47,026 bases of DNA from a virus. Taxonomy: Duplodnaviria > Heunggongvirae > Uroviricota > Caudoviricetes. Shown here piece after piece: positions 8,829 through 16,613 of this stretch. The stretch is from IMG/VR virus record IMGVR_UViG_2534681936_000011, one strand, 5' to 3'. Every line of letters begins with the position of its first letter. Position 1 is the stretch's first letter. The notes beneath the pieces were generated by a model. That model worked only from the letters and a program-made list of their open reading frames with translations, searched no databases and had not been told where the DNA came from. Both the position numbers and the translations under genes were made by a program.

Positions 8829-9282
8829 GCAGCAAATCCGGCAGGTCTGCCGCCAGTGCATGGACCGCTGCCGGGCGGGTGAAACATGGCCTCCGGACCT
8901 GGCTGAGTTTGTGGCACTGATTTCGAAAAGCGGAGCCAATCCATTCGGTCTGACGGTGGATGCTGTGATGGAGGAGTACCGCCGCTGGCGCAATGAGTCC
9001 TGGCGATACGACGGAAGTGATAAGTACCCGTGGTCTCAGCCTGTGCTGTATCACATTTGCCTCGAGATGCGTTCAAAGGGGATTGAGCGCCAGATGACCG
9101 AAGGGGAATTAAAACGGCTTGCAGAACGGCAACTGACGAAATGGGCAAAGCATGTTAGTAACGGCCTGAGCGTTCCGCCAGTCCGGCGACAACTGGCGGC
9201 CCCCAAACGCCCGTCGGGGCCAACGCCAATTGAGTTGCTGAAACAGGAATATGAACGCCGGAAAGCGGCTGGTTTTGTTTGA
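8821..9282 (+). CDS. Replication protein P-like helicase loader (C-terminal domain homolog)
   Basis: Start overlaps the upstream stop (ATGACTGA). YPWSQPVLYHICLEM...ELKRLAERQLTKWAKHVSNGLSVPPV aligns with recalled lambda P (YPWKSNAHYWLV...ELRRKAADELVHMTARINRGEAIPEPV). Confidence 0.65.
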   Translation: MTEQQIRQVCRQCMDRCRAGETWPPDLAEFVALISKSGANPFGLTVDAVMEEYRRWRNESWRYDGSDKYPWSQPVLYHICLEMRSKGIERQMTEGELKRLAERQLTKWAKHVSNGLSVPPVRRQLAAPKRPSGPTPIELLKQEYERRKAAGFV

Positions 9283-9315
9283 GTTGAGAAGTGATTTTTT
9301 ACCGGGAGGAAATTT

Positions 9316-10050
9316 ATGGAGACTGTTTTTGACGCACTGAAAGCGATGGGAAAAGCCACGTCGGTAGAGCTGGCTGCGCGACTTGATATCAGTCGTGAAG
9401 AAGTACTGAACGAGCTGTGGGAACTGAAAAAGGCTGGCTTCGTTGATAAAAGCGTATACACCTGGCGTGTGGCTGATAACAACGTTCAGCAGGAACAGCC
9501 AGCGCCAGAAGAAACCACCACGGCAACAGAAGCGAAAATCTCAGAGTGCGATTTAACCGCGACGATTGAACAACGCGGACCACAAACGGCGGATGAACTG
9601 GCTACGCTGTTCGGTACAACATCCCGCAAAGTTGCTTCAACGCTGGCAATGGCAATCAGCAAAGGTCGTCTGATTCGCGTAAACCAGAACGGTAAAATTC
9701 GTTACTGCATACCAGGTGATAATTTACCAGCAGAGCCGAAAGTTGAATCGGTAGCGGAAACCGATGGTAAAGCCTTTCCTCAGCCAGCCGGTGTTGCGTT
9801 ACCGGTACAGAAAGATGCAACACAGGAAGATATTAAAACAGAAACTGTGGCGGACATTGTGCAGTCGCTGCCATCGTTTACTGCAACGCGAGAAGATGAT
9901 TTGATTTTGCCATCGCTGCATATGGCAAATCGCGAACTGCGTAGGGCGAAGAATCATGTCCAGAAGTGGGAGCGAGTCTGCGCCGCGCTGCGGGAGCTGA
10001 ACAAGCACCGGGATATGGTTGCCGGGATTTGTCGGAAGTCCGGGCAATGA
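9316..10050 (+). CDS. Hypothetical phage protein with two tandem winged-helix-like segments
   Basis: 244 aa with GGGAGG SD; two similar segments ([30 protein letters not shown] and [30 protein letters not shown]). Confidence 0.55.
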   Translation: METVFDALKAMGKATSVELAARLDISREEVLNELWELKKAGFVDKSVYTWRVADNNVQQEQPAPEETTTATEAKISECDLTATIEQRGPQTADELATLFGTTSRKVASTLAMAISKGRLIRVNQNGKIRYCIPGDNLPAEPKVESVAETDGKAFPQPAGVALPVQKDATQEDIKTETVADIVQSLPSFTATREDDLILPSLHMANRELRRAKNHVQKWERVCAALRELNKHRDMVAGICRKSGQ

Positions 10051-10211
10051 GCGGATGGTGCAGGCCTGAAATCATGATACTAACAATGAAGGTAAAATGC
10101 ATCGGCAGTCTGATTGGTCGTAGTGAGGCGGCGGTCAGGATGAAAGCCCAGGTTAAGGGAATAAGCCTGATTCTGCGGGGTGATTTTCACCAGTCAACAA
10201 AATATCCGTAG
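10047..10211 (+). CDS. Small hypothetical ORF, translationally coupled to the upstream gene
   Basis: ATG overlaps the upstream TGA (ATGA); 54 aa; no family recognised. Confidence 0.3.
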   Translation: MSGWCRPEIMILTMKVKCIGSLIGRSEAAVRMKAQVKGISLILRGDFHQSTKYP

Positions 10212-10909
10212 CGCGATAACGGTCAAAAATTATGGCGCTGACACTTTTGTGCCACTGGAGATGACTGTACCTAAGTTCAGGGGAGAAGAACACGTCCGGT
10301 GGGATGGTCGGGCCAGATTTAAAGGGCAGGTCATGGCTCCAGCCTGTACGCTGGCAATGGAGGCTGCCTGGCGGGAAATTGATATGGGAACCACGCCACT
10401 CAGGGATTTACTGCCGGTCCAGAGAATAAATTCCTGTTACGGTTACACCACTGTGATCTTGCAAGTGCAGGAAAGTAGGTCTACACGGTAACGCGAGTGC
10501 GTGTAACTTTTGATGTCATTCCCGTAGAAACACCGGACAAATTTTCGCTGACAGGTCATGCAGAAGGTATAAATCTGCAGATTATGGACAATTACGGATA
10601 TCCGGCAAGAGCCGGAAAAAGCATGCCGCCTCTAATTCTCAGTGGAAGATGGACTTGATTATACTCATTGCATTGTCAGAAATAGTTATCCATTAAAGGC
10701 TGGCTATTCCAAACAGGATGTTGATTACAAAAATGTAATCAACATGTAAGGTTTATACTCTTCAATATGCGTATAATTTTCCTTATTTTGTTGACTTTAA
10801 ATAACAAGCTATGCACGAGGTAAAGTCGGATAAGTTTATCTGGATGTAATATATATTATTTGTAGTGTTTATAACTTTATTTCATGATAACCAATAAAAG
10901 GAGTTTTTT

Positions 10910-11668
10910 ATGAGGAACATAATGGCAGGTTTTTTAATATTCCTGTCTTCTGCTGCTTATGCTGATATCAATCTGTATGGTCCTGGTGGCCCGCATACAG
11001 CCTTGCTTGATGCAGCCAAACTTTATGCCGAAAAAACAGGTATTATAGTGAACGTTCATTACGGCCCACAGAACAAATGGAATGAAGATGCCAAAAAAAA
11101 TGCAGATATCTTGTTTGGCGCATCAGAACAATCTGCTCTGGCTATCATTCGGGACCATAAAGACAGCTTCAGTGAAAAAGATATTCAGCCTCTTTATCTG
11201 CGAAAAAGTATTTTACTGGTAAAGAAAGGTAATCCTAAAAATATCCGGAGTATTGACGACCTGACCAGACCTGGGATTGGCGTAATTGTTAATGATGGTG
11301 GTGGTACCAGTAATACATCAGGCACTGGCGTCTGGGAAGATATTGCCGGACGTAAAGGGAATATAGAAACTGTCGCCGCAATCCGAAAAAATATTATTTT
11401 ATATGCGCCCAATAGCGGAACTGCACGTAAGGCTCTTGAGAATCAGCCTGGAGCAGATGTCTGGATAACCTGGGCTGACTGGGCAGCCAGTAATCCAGAA
11501 ATTGGTGATGTCGTGGAAATAGCGCCAGACTACGTGATATGGCGTGATATGAACATTACAGTACGTCAGGATGCAAATGATGAAACCCGTCGATTTGCAG
11601 AATGGCTACAAACCGATGAAGCGGCGCCTGCATTCAAAAAATATGGCTGGACCAGGAAAGGCACTTGA
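10910..11668 (+). CDS. Orphan periplasmic solute-binding protein (ModA-like fold) with signal peptide
   Basis: 252 aa; AAGGAG SD; signal peptide MAGFLIFLSSAAYA; C-terminus ...AAPAFKKYGWTRKGT patterns like the ModA-type end (...AAEIFKRYGFTIK); AT-rich flanks; no transporter partners. Confidence 0.55.
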   Translation: MRNIMAGFLIFLSSAAYADINLYGPGGPHTALLDAAKLYAEKTGIIVNVHYGPQNKWNEDAKKNADILFGASEQSALAIIRDHKDSFSEKDIQPLYLRKSILLVKKGNPKNIRSIDDLTRPGIGVIVNDGGGTSNTSGTGVWEDIAGRKGNIETVAAIRKNIILYAPNSGTARKALENQPGADVWITWADWAASNPEIGDVVEIAPDYVIWRDMNITVRQDANDETRRFAEWLQTDEAAPAFKKYGWTRKGT

Positions 11669-11787
11669 CATCCTCGTCCTTCAGGACGTGGATTCTTTTT
11701 CCGGATGCCGCGCCAGCGGCATGTAGGGGCAGCTCACAAAACGGAAAAAATTGTACGCTAAGCCTCGCCAGGTGAACTGAATTCATT

Positions 11788-11811
11788 CCGATATGGGAAT
11801 TCCCATATCGG
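11788..11811. repeat. Perfect 24-bp palindrome CCGATATGGGAATTCCCATATCGG
   Basis: Exact inverted repeat about 190 bp upstream of the hok start. Confidence 0.9.
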
Positions 11812-12003
11812 GCGAAAACGGTTTGCTGTAACGGCAGAGTTAAGTAGGATTGCTGCGGGTGCTTGAGGCTATCTGCCTCGGGCATGAACACCAACGGCAG
11901 ATAGATAAAAGCCCCACCCGACTATAAATCGAAGTGAGGCCCCTATATGCTCGTCACATATAGATTGCCTCTTACGGACCGAAAGGTCAAGGAGAAGCAG
12001 GCT

Positions 12004-12159
12004 ATGAAGCAGCAAAAGGCGATGTTAATCGCCCTGATCGTCATCTGTTTAACCGTCATAGTGACGGCACTGGTAACGAGGAAAGACCTCTGCGAGGTAC
12101 GAATCCGAACCGGCCAGACGGAGGTCGCTGTCTTCACAGCTTACGAACCTGAGGAGTAA
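12004..12159 (+). CDS. hok: Hok/Gef-family type I toxin
   Basis: 51 aa MKQQKAMLIALIVICLTVIVTALVTRKDLCEVRIRTGQTEVAVFTAYEPEE, a canonical Hok sequence; an in-frame upstream extension (from 11947) occupies the mok position. Confidence 0.8.
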   Translation: MKQQKAMLIALIVICLTVIVTALVTRKDLCEVRIRTGQTEVAVFTAYEPEE

Positions 12160-12224
12160 GAGACCAGGCGGGGGAGAAATCCCTCGCCACCTCTGATGTG
12201 TCAGGCATCCTCAACGCACCCGCA

Positions 12225-12252
12225 CTTAACCCGCTTCGGCGGGTTTTTGTTT
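12225..12252 (+). terminator. Intrinsic terminator after hok
   Basis: CCCGCTTCGGCGGG hairpin followed by a T-run. Confidence 0.6.
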
Positions 12253-12332
12253 TTATTTTCAACGCGTTTGAAGTTCCGGACGGCGCCGGAATAGAATCAA
12301 AAATACTTAAGTAGCGCGCAGGGAGAAGAGGG

Positions 12333-12638
12333 ATGGACCCCGAACAGGGGGAGTGCTATTTATCTGGAAGGATTCTGTTGATGAAAATCGAAGAATTACG
12401 TGAAATTTTTAGTGAAGATGGCCTCTATACTGTGCGCGTTGAGAATGGCGCTATTGTCAGCCACTGCCGTATTAAATGTTTACAGTCTCTACATAGGAAG
12501 AGTGGAGCTGCGTTAATTTACTTTGTGGATGGGCTTGTGACGGATGGTTTTATTTTGCGTGCAAATGAATTTGTCACATCGTTGCCGTCTCTGAAAGAAG
12601 CTGGGATTAAGGCTGGTTTTTCTGCTTTTGAAGATTAG
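12333..12638 (+). CDS. Hypothetical protein (101 aa)
   Basis: ORF with GGGAGAAGAGGG SD-like sequence. Confidence 0.45.
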   Translation: MDPEQGECYLSGRILLMKIEELREIFSEDGLYTVRVENGAIVSHCRIKCLQSLHRKSGAALIYFVDGLVTDGFILRANEFVTSLPSLKEAGIKAGFSAFED

Positions 12639-12707
12639 TGAATTCATCTACAATTCAGCGCAGGGCTGAACCCCTGTTGAGTAACACTGTGCCACCGGAG
12701 AAAGCCG

Positions 12708-12986
12708 ATGGCGCAAAATTCCAGACTACACAATTCTGATAATTCAGCCGTCTTTGCCAGCAGGCACGGGCGGCGTTCTCATGCATTCAAATCTGACTGG
12801 TTCCGGCACGCCCCATGCACTGAAGAACAGGCCGAATGGCTGATTCAGAACTACCGCAGACGTGGGTATGAGTTTAGGAAAGCCCTCAGCCTCGATTATC
12901 GTCACTGGATAATCTACGTCAGGCTGCCGTACTCCGAGCGCCCACCGCGTCCGTCCCGCACATTCCAGCAACGCATCTGGAGGTAA
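12708..12986 (+). CDS. Hypothetical protein (92 aa), in the position of Qin rem
   Basis: ORF with GGAGA SD; immediately upstream of the DUF968 gene. Confidence 0.45.
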   Translation: MAQNSRLHNSDNSAVFASRHGRRSHAFKSDWFRHAPCTEEQAEWLIQNYRRRGYEFRKALSLDYRHWIIYVRLPYSERPPRPSRTFQQRIWR

Positions 12987-12987
12987 C

Positions 12988-14043
12988 GTGCGGGTATTAC
13001 TTCGACCTGTTCCGGTACCGGAACTTGGGTTGGTGGTCCTTAAACCAGGCCGTGAATCCATGCAGGTATTCCATAACCCTCGAGTGCTTGTGGAGCCGGA
13101 ACCGAAAAGCATGCGCGGTCTGCCGTCCGGCATCGTCCCTGCCGTTCGCCAGCCGCTGGCGGAGGATAAATCATTACTGCCGTTTTTCAGCAATGAGCGT
13201 GTGATTCGTGCTGTTGGTGGCGCTGGTGCACTGTCTGACTGGCTGTTGCGTCATGTCAAATCCTGCCAGTGGCCTCATGGTGACTATCATCACAGTGAAA
13301 CCGTTATTCACCGTTATGGTACCGGCGCAATGGTGTTGTGCTGGCACTGCGACAACCAGCTGCGTGACCAGACATCCGAATCACTCGAGCAACTTGCTCA
13401 TCAAAACCTGTCAGCATGGATGATTGACGTCATCGGTCACGCAATAAGCGGTACGCAGGAGCGTGAATTATCTCTGGCTGAATTATCCTGGTGGGCGGTC
13501 CGCAATCAGGTGGCGGACGCGCTACCGGAAGCGGTATTACGTCGTTCGCTGGGGTTGCGTGCGGAAAAAATCCGCTCAATGTACCGTGAAAGCGACATCG
13601 TACCGGGAGAGCAGACCGCCACCATCATACTGAAGCAGCGCACAAAAAATCTTGCGCCGCTGCCTCACGCCCACCAGCAAAACCCGCCACAGGAAAAGAC
13701 GGTGGTCAGCATTGCCGTTGATCCGGAGTCACCGGCTCAGTATCTCCAGCGCCAGAAACCACAACGGGAAGAGATGCCTGTATACACGCGCTGGGTAAAA
13801 ACGCAGAAATGCATGACGTGCGGTAATCAGGCAGATGATCCGCATCACATCATTGGTCATGGACTGGGAGGGATGGGAACAAAGGCTGATGATTTGTTTG
13901 TTATTCCGCTGTGCCGTAAATGTCATAACGAACTGCACGCTGGGGTAAAAGATTTTGAAGAAAAACACGGCAGCCAGCTGTTGTTGCTGATTCGTTTTTT
14001 AATGCACGCGAGAAATTCGGGTGTCCTGAAGTGGAAAGCATGA
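12988..14043 (+). CDS. DUF968 (YdfU-like) protein with C-terminal HNH/zinc-finger-like motif
   Basis: 351 aa from GTG with GGAGG SD; C-terminus CMTCGNQADDPHHIIGHGLGG...LCRKCHNELH. Confidence 0.6.
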   Translation: MRVLLRPVPVPELGLVVLKPGRESMQVFHNPRVLVEPEPKSMRGLPSGIVPAVRQPLAEDKSLLPFFSNERVIRAVGGAGALSDWLLRHVKSCQWPHGDYHHSETVIHRYGTGAMVLCWHCDNQLRDQTSESLEQLAHQNLSAWMIDVIGHAISGTQERELSLAELSWWAVRNQVADALPEAVLRRSLGLRAEKIRSMYRESDIVPGEQTATIILKQRTKNLAPLPHAHQQNPPQEKTVVSIAVDPESPAQYLQRQKPQREEMPVYTRWVKTQKCMTCGNQADDPHHIIGHGLGGMGTKADDLFVIPLCRKCHNELHAGVKDFEEKHGSQLLLLIRFLMHARNSGVLKWKA

Positions 14044-14409
14044 ATGACTGAACGGATAGAATTTGTTTTGCCTTACCCGCCGACGGTGAATACCTACTGG
14101 CGACGTCATGGCAATACGTATTTCATCTCGGAAGCCGGAAAGCGTTATCGCCGTGATGTGGCGCTAATTGTTCGCCAGCAGCGGCTGAAATTAAACCTGT
14201 CCGGAAGGCTGGTGATAAAGATTATTGCAGAGCCACCGGATAAGCGCCGTCGTGACCTGGACAATATCCTGAAAGCACCACTGGATGTGCTGACGCATGC
14301 CGGACTTCTCATAGACGACGAGCAGTTTGATGAAATCAATATTGTGCGCGGTCAGCTCGTTCCTGGTGGGCGGCTGGGGATAAAAATCACAGAACTGGAG
14401 TGCGCATGA
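14044..14409 (+). CDS. rusA: Holliday junction resolvase RusA
   Basis: 121 aa; ...PDKRRRDLDNILKAPLDVLTHAGLLIDDEQ... matches the recalled RusA signature ([23 protein letters not shown]). Confidence 0.85.
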   Translation: MTERIEFVLPYPPTVNTYWRRHGNTYFISEAGKRYRRDVALIVRQQRLKLNLSGRLVIKIIAEPPDKRRRDLDNILKAPLDVLTHAGLLIDDEQFDEINIVRGQLVPGGRLGIKITELECA

Positions 14410-15095
14410 ATAACCACTATTTACAGTTTGTGCGTGAGCAGCTCATTATCGCCACCGCTGATTTGAGTGGGGCAACAAAAGGTCAGCTTGAAGCCTGGCA
14501 GGAGAATGCCATGTTCGATACAGGGCGTTACAGGCGAAAAAAAATCCGGTACCGCGATGAAGTGACTGGAAAAATGATAACGCGGGATAATCCACCAATC
14601 CCGGGAAAGCAATCGCTGGCGAAGGTGACGTCAATTCCTCTGGTCAGTCCGGTTGAGTTTTCGACATCATCGTGGCGGCGGGCTGTTCTGTCTCTTGAAG
14701 AACATCATAAAGCCTGGTTGTTGTGGTGTTACAGCGGGAGTATTTGTTGGGAATATCAGATCGCGATAACACAGTGGGCGTGGAATGAATTTAATACTCA
14801 ATCCGGTACCAGAAAAATTGCTGGGAAAACGCAGGAACGCCTGAAAAAATTAATCTGGCTGGCGGCGCAGGCAGTAAAAGCAGAACTTTTTGGTGGGGAA
14901 GGTTATGAATATCAGGAGCTGGCATTACTGGCGGGAGTGACAACTAAAAACTGGTCCAAAACATTTACTCGTCACTGGGTTGCAATGAAACACATTTTTC
15001 ACCGACTGGATAGTGAGGCTTTATTATTTGTAATGAGAACACGTTCAAAACAAAAGGCGGCATTTTCAAAGCAAAGTGTTGCAAAAGTAGATTGA
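14406..15095 (+). CDS. Putative late-gene antiterminator (Q-like, QuuQ-type) by position
   Basis: ATG overlaps the rusA stop; about 229 aa; immediately upstream of a terminator and the tRNA/lysis region. Confidence 0.5.
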   Translation: MNNHYLQFVREQLIIATADLSGATKGQLEAWQENAMFDTGRYRRKKIRYRDEVTGKMITRDNPPIPGKQSLAKVTSIPLVSPVEFSTSSWRRAVLSLEEHHKAWLLWCYSGSICWEYQIAITQWAWNEFNTQSGTRKIAGKTQERLKKLIWLAAQAVKAELFGGEGYEYQELALLAGVTTKNWSKTFTRHWVAMKHIFHRLDSEALLFVMRTRSKQKAAFSKQSVAKVD

Positions 15096-15159
15096 AAGGC
15101 ATATATTTCATGCAAATCTGATATTTTGCCGATTTTGTACGTGATGGCAAAAGCAAACA

Positions 15160-15190
15160 AAACCCGCCCACAAGCGGGTTTTGTTGTGCC
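15160..15190 (+). terminator. tR'-like intrinsic terminator downstream of the Q-like gene
   Basis: CCCGC-CCACAA-GCGGG hairpin followed by TTTTGTTGTG. Confidence 0.45.
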
Positions 15191-15290
15191 ACTTATCTCG
15201 GATAGACATGGTGAATGCGCTGGTGGAGGAGATAAGGGTGATTTTTGTATGCTTGCAACATTGATTTCGTAACGTTATTATCCTGCGCCC

Positions 15291-15366
15291 GGCCCTTTAG
15301 CTCAGTGGTGAGAGCGAGCGACTCATAATCGCCAGGTCGCTGGTTCAAATCCAGCAAGGGCCACCA
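15291..15366 (+). tRNA. ileZ: tRNA-Ile (anticodon CAU, lysidine type, ileZ-like)
   Basis: Cloverleaf: acceptor GGCCCTT/AAGGGCC, D-arm GCTC...GAGC, anticodon loop CTCATAA, T-loop TTCAAAT, CCA end; close to the recalled E. coli ileX sequence. Confidence 0.85.
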
Positions 15367-15367
15367 A

Positions 15368-15443
15368 CCGCCACTAGCCATCAGGAAAGAGCGTCAACCC
15401 TTTAAGTTGAGTGTGCGAGGTTCGAGTCCCCGGTGGTGGTCCA
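15368..15443 (+). tRNA. tRNA-like element with degenerate D-arm; anticodon uncertain
   Basis: Acceptor CCGCCAC/GTGGTGG (one G-U), T-arm CGAGG-TTCGAGT-CCCCG, CCA end, anticodon stem TCAAC/GTTGA; loop CCTTTAA has C at position 33 and the D-stem is weak. Confidence 0.4.
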
Positions 15444-15456
15444 TTATCGGTATTCT

Positions 15457-15533
15457 GCGTTGTTAGCTCAGCAGGACAGAGCAATTGCCTTCTAAGCAAT
15501 CGGTCACTGGTTCGACTCCAGTACAACGCGCTA
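15457..15533 (+). tRNA. argO: tRNA-Arg (anticodon UCU, argO-like)
   Basis: Acceptor GCGTTGT/ACAACGC, D-arm TAGCTCAGCAGGACAGAGC, anticodon loop CTTCTAA, T-arm ACTGG-TTCGACT-CCAGT. Confidence 0.8.
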
Positions 15534-15702
15534 CACTTATTTTCCCGGCTCGCTTTTGCGGGCCTTTTTTGTATCTGCGCCACGCCCGGCGCATACCAAC
15601 CACAGAGCCTTTCGGGGGGGAGCTTACGGAGTGGTCAGTGTGACTTTCTCTGTGGGCAGATCGCTCCCGGGCGTTGGCTCACCCACCCAAAGGAACGTCA
15701 CG

Positions 15703-16135
15703 ATGTTTGGTATTTTTGGTAAAAAAAGCCCGCAGAGCGGCAACGGAAATTAAAAAGTTTGAAAAACGCGATCTGGCACAGGTGGTGATTAACGCCGCAT
15801 ACCTGGTGGCCTATGCAGATGGTGAATGTGAGGCTTCCTAGAAAGCGAAGATCGAACAGGTACTGCGTAATCAGCCTGCGCTGTCCGCGTTTACGTCAGA
15901 AATTAATGCGATTAGCGCAACCATTATCGGTCAGCTGGATACGAACTTTAAAACTGGTCGTCGTGCGGCGTTACGTGAGATCGAGGATGTGAAACACGAT
16001 ACGCGTGAAGCGGAAGATGTGCTGGATGTGGCGGTGGCCATTGCGGAGGCAGACGGCGAAATTGAGCCGGAAGAGCGCAAGGTGCTGGAAGAGATTGCCG
16101 GTGTTCTGGGTCTTCGTCTGGAGAATTACCTGTGA
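15703..16135 (+). pseudogene. TerB-domain gene disrupted by a frameshift in an A7 tract and an in-frame amber codon
   Basis: ATG 15703 with AAGGA SD; frame ends after 16 codons. Removing one A from A7 (15721-15727) joins it to ...VVINAAYLVAYADGECEAS-TAG(15839-15841)-KAKIEQVL...VAVAIAEADGEIEPEERKVLEEIAGVLGLRLENYL, with duplicated TerB-like ADGE...E motifs. Confidence 0.55.
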
Positions 16136-16299
16136 CGGTAAAACTGCGCCTGACTGTGGCTGCACTCCTGCTGTTTCTGGTGGTGATGGTGGATTTCACC
16201 AGCAGAATCATGTCGGTGCTGGCGGATGGGGGGCTGGTCTGCGGCATTATGGTATTGCTGTGGCCGGTGATAAAAAGAAACAGCCTGCATAATGCTTGA
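16132..16299 (+). CDS. Small hydrophobic (two-helix) membrane peptide, coupled to the TerB-like frame
   Basis: GTG overlaps the TerB-frame TGA (GTGA); 55 aa ...LRLTVAALLLFLVVMVDFTSRIMSVLADGGLVCGIMVLLWPVIKR...; intrinsic terminator-like hairpin and T8 at about 16500-16530. Confidence 0.35.
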   Translation: MTVKLRLTVAALLLFLVVMVDFTSRIMSVLADGGLVCGIMVLLWPVIKRNSLHNA

Positions 16300-16613
16300 T
16301 TTTTTTGTTTGCTGTTTATTAAAAACACTTCTGCATGGTGAATCCCCCTGTGCGGTGGGGCAATCAGCAAGAAGGAATATGGGGTAATCGCGGATTCAGG
16401 TGCTGATACTGAATTCACCGGGAGGCACCCGGCACCATGCTTTGCCACAAAAGTGTTATTTCTGTTTTTCTCAAACTATCATCGTTATCCCTTTATTTTC
16501 GGCTGCGCATGGCGCGGCCTTTTTTTTACGACCAGCCACTGGCAGATGGTCATCCTGTGATTTGATTCCGCTTCCGGCTTTTTAACTCTGTTCCTCTACA
16601 CGGGAGAAATTCG

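Noticed and set aside
11669-12330. relBE toxin-antitoxin next to hok, as in Qin
   Set aside because: No RelE- or RelB-sized ORFs flank hok here; only the binding-protein gene upstream and a 101-aa hypothetical downstream.
15291-15841. Phage suppressor tRNA rescuing the in-frame amber codon of the TerB-like gene
   Set aside because: None of the three tRNA elements has a CUA anticodon (loops read CAU, CCUUUAA, UCU), and the gene also needs a frameshift correction.
15948-16448. 166-aa minus-strand ORF
   Set aside because: Antisense to the TerB-like/membrane-peptide pair; Pro/His/Ser-rich; the plus-strand reading has recognisable domain motifs and coupled starts.
15560-16600. Shiga toxin genes between the tRNA cluster and the esterase gene
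   Set aside because: No translation here resembles StxA or StxB; the interval holds the TerB-like/membrane-peptide pair instead.
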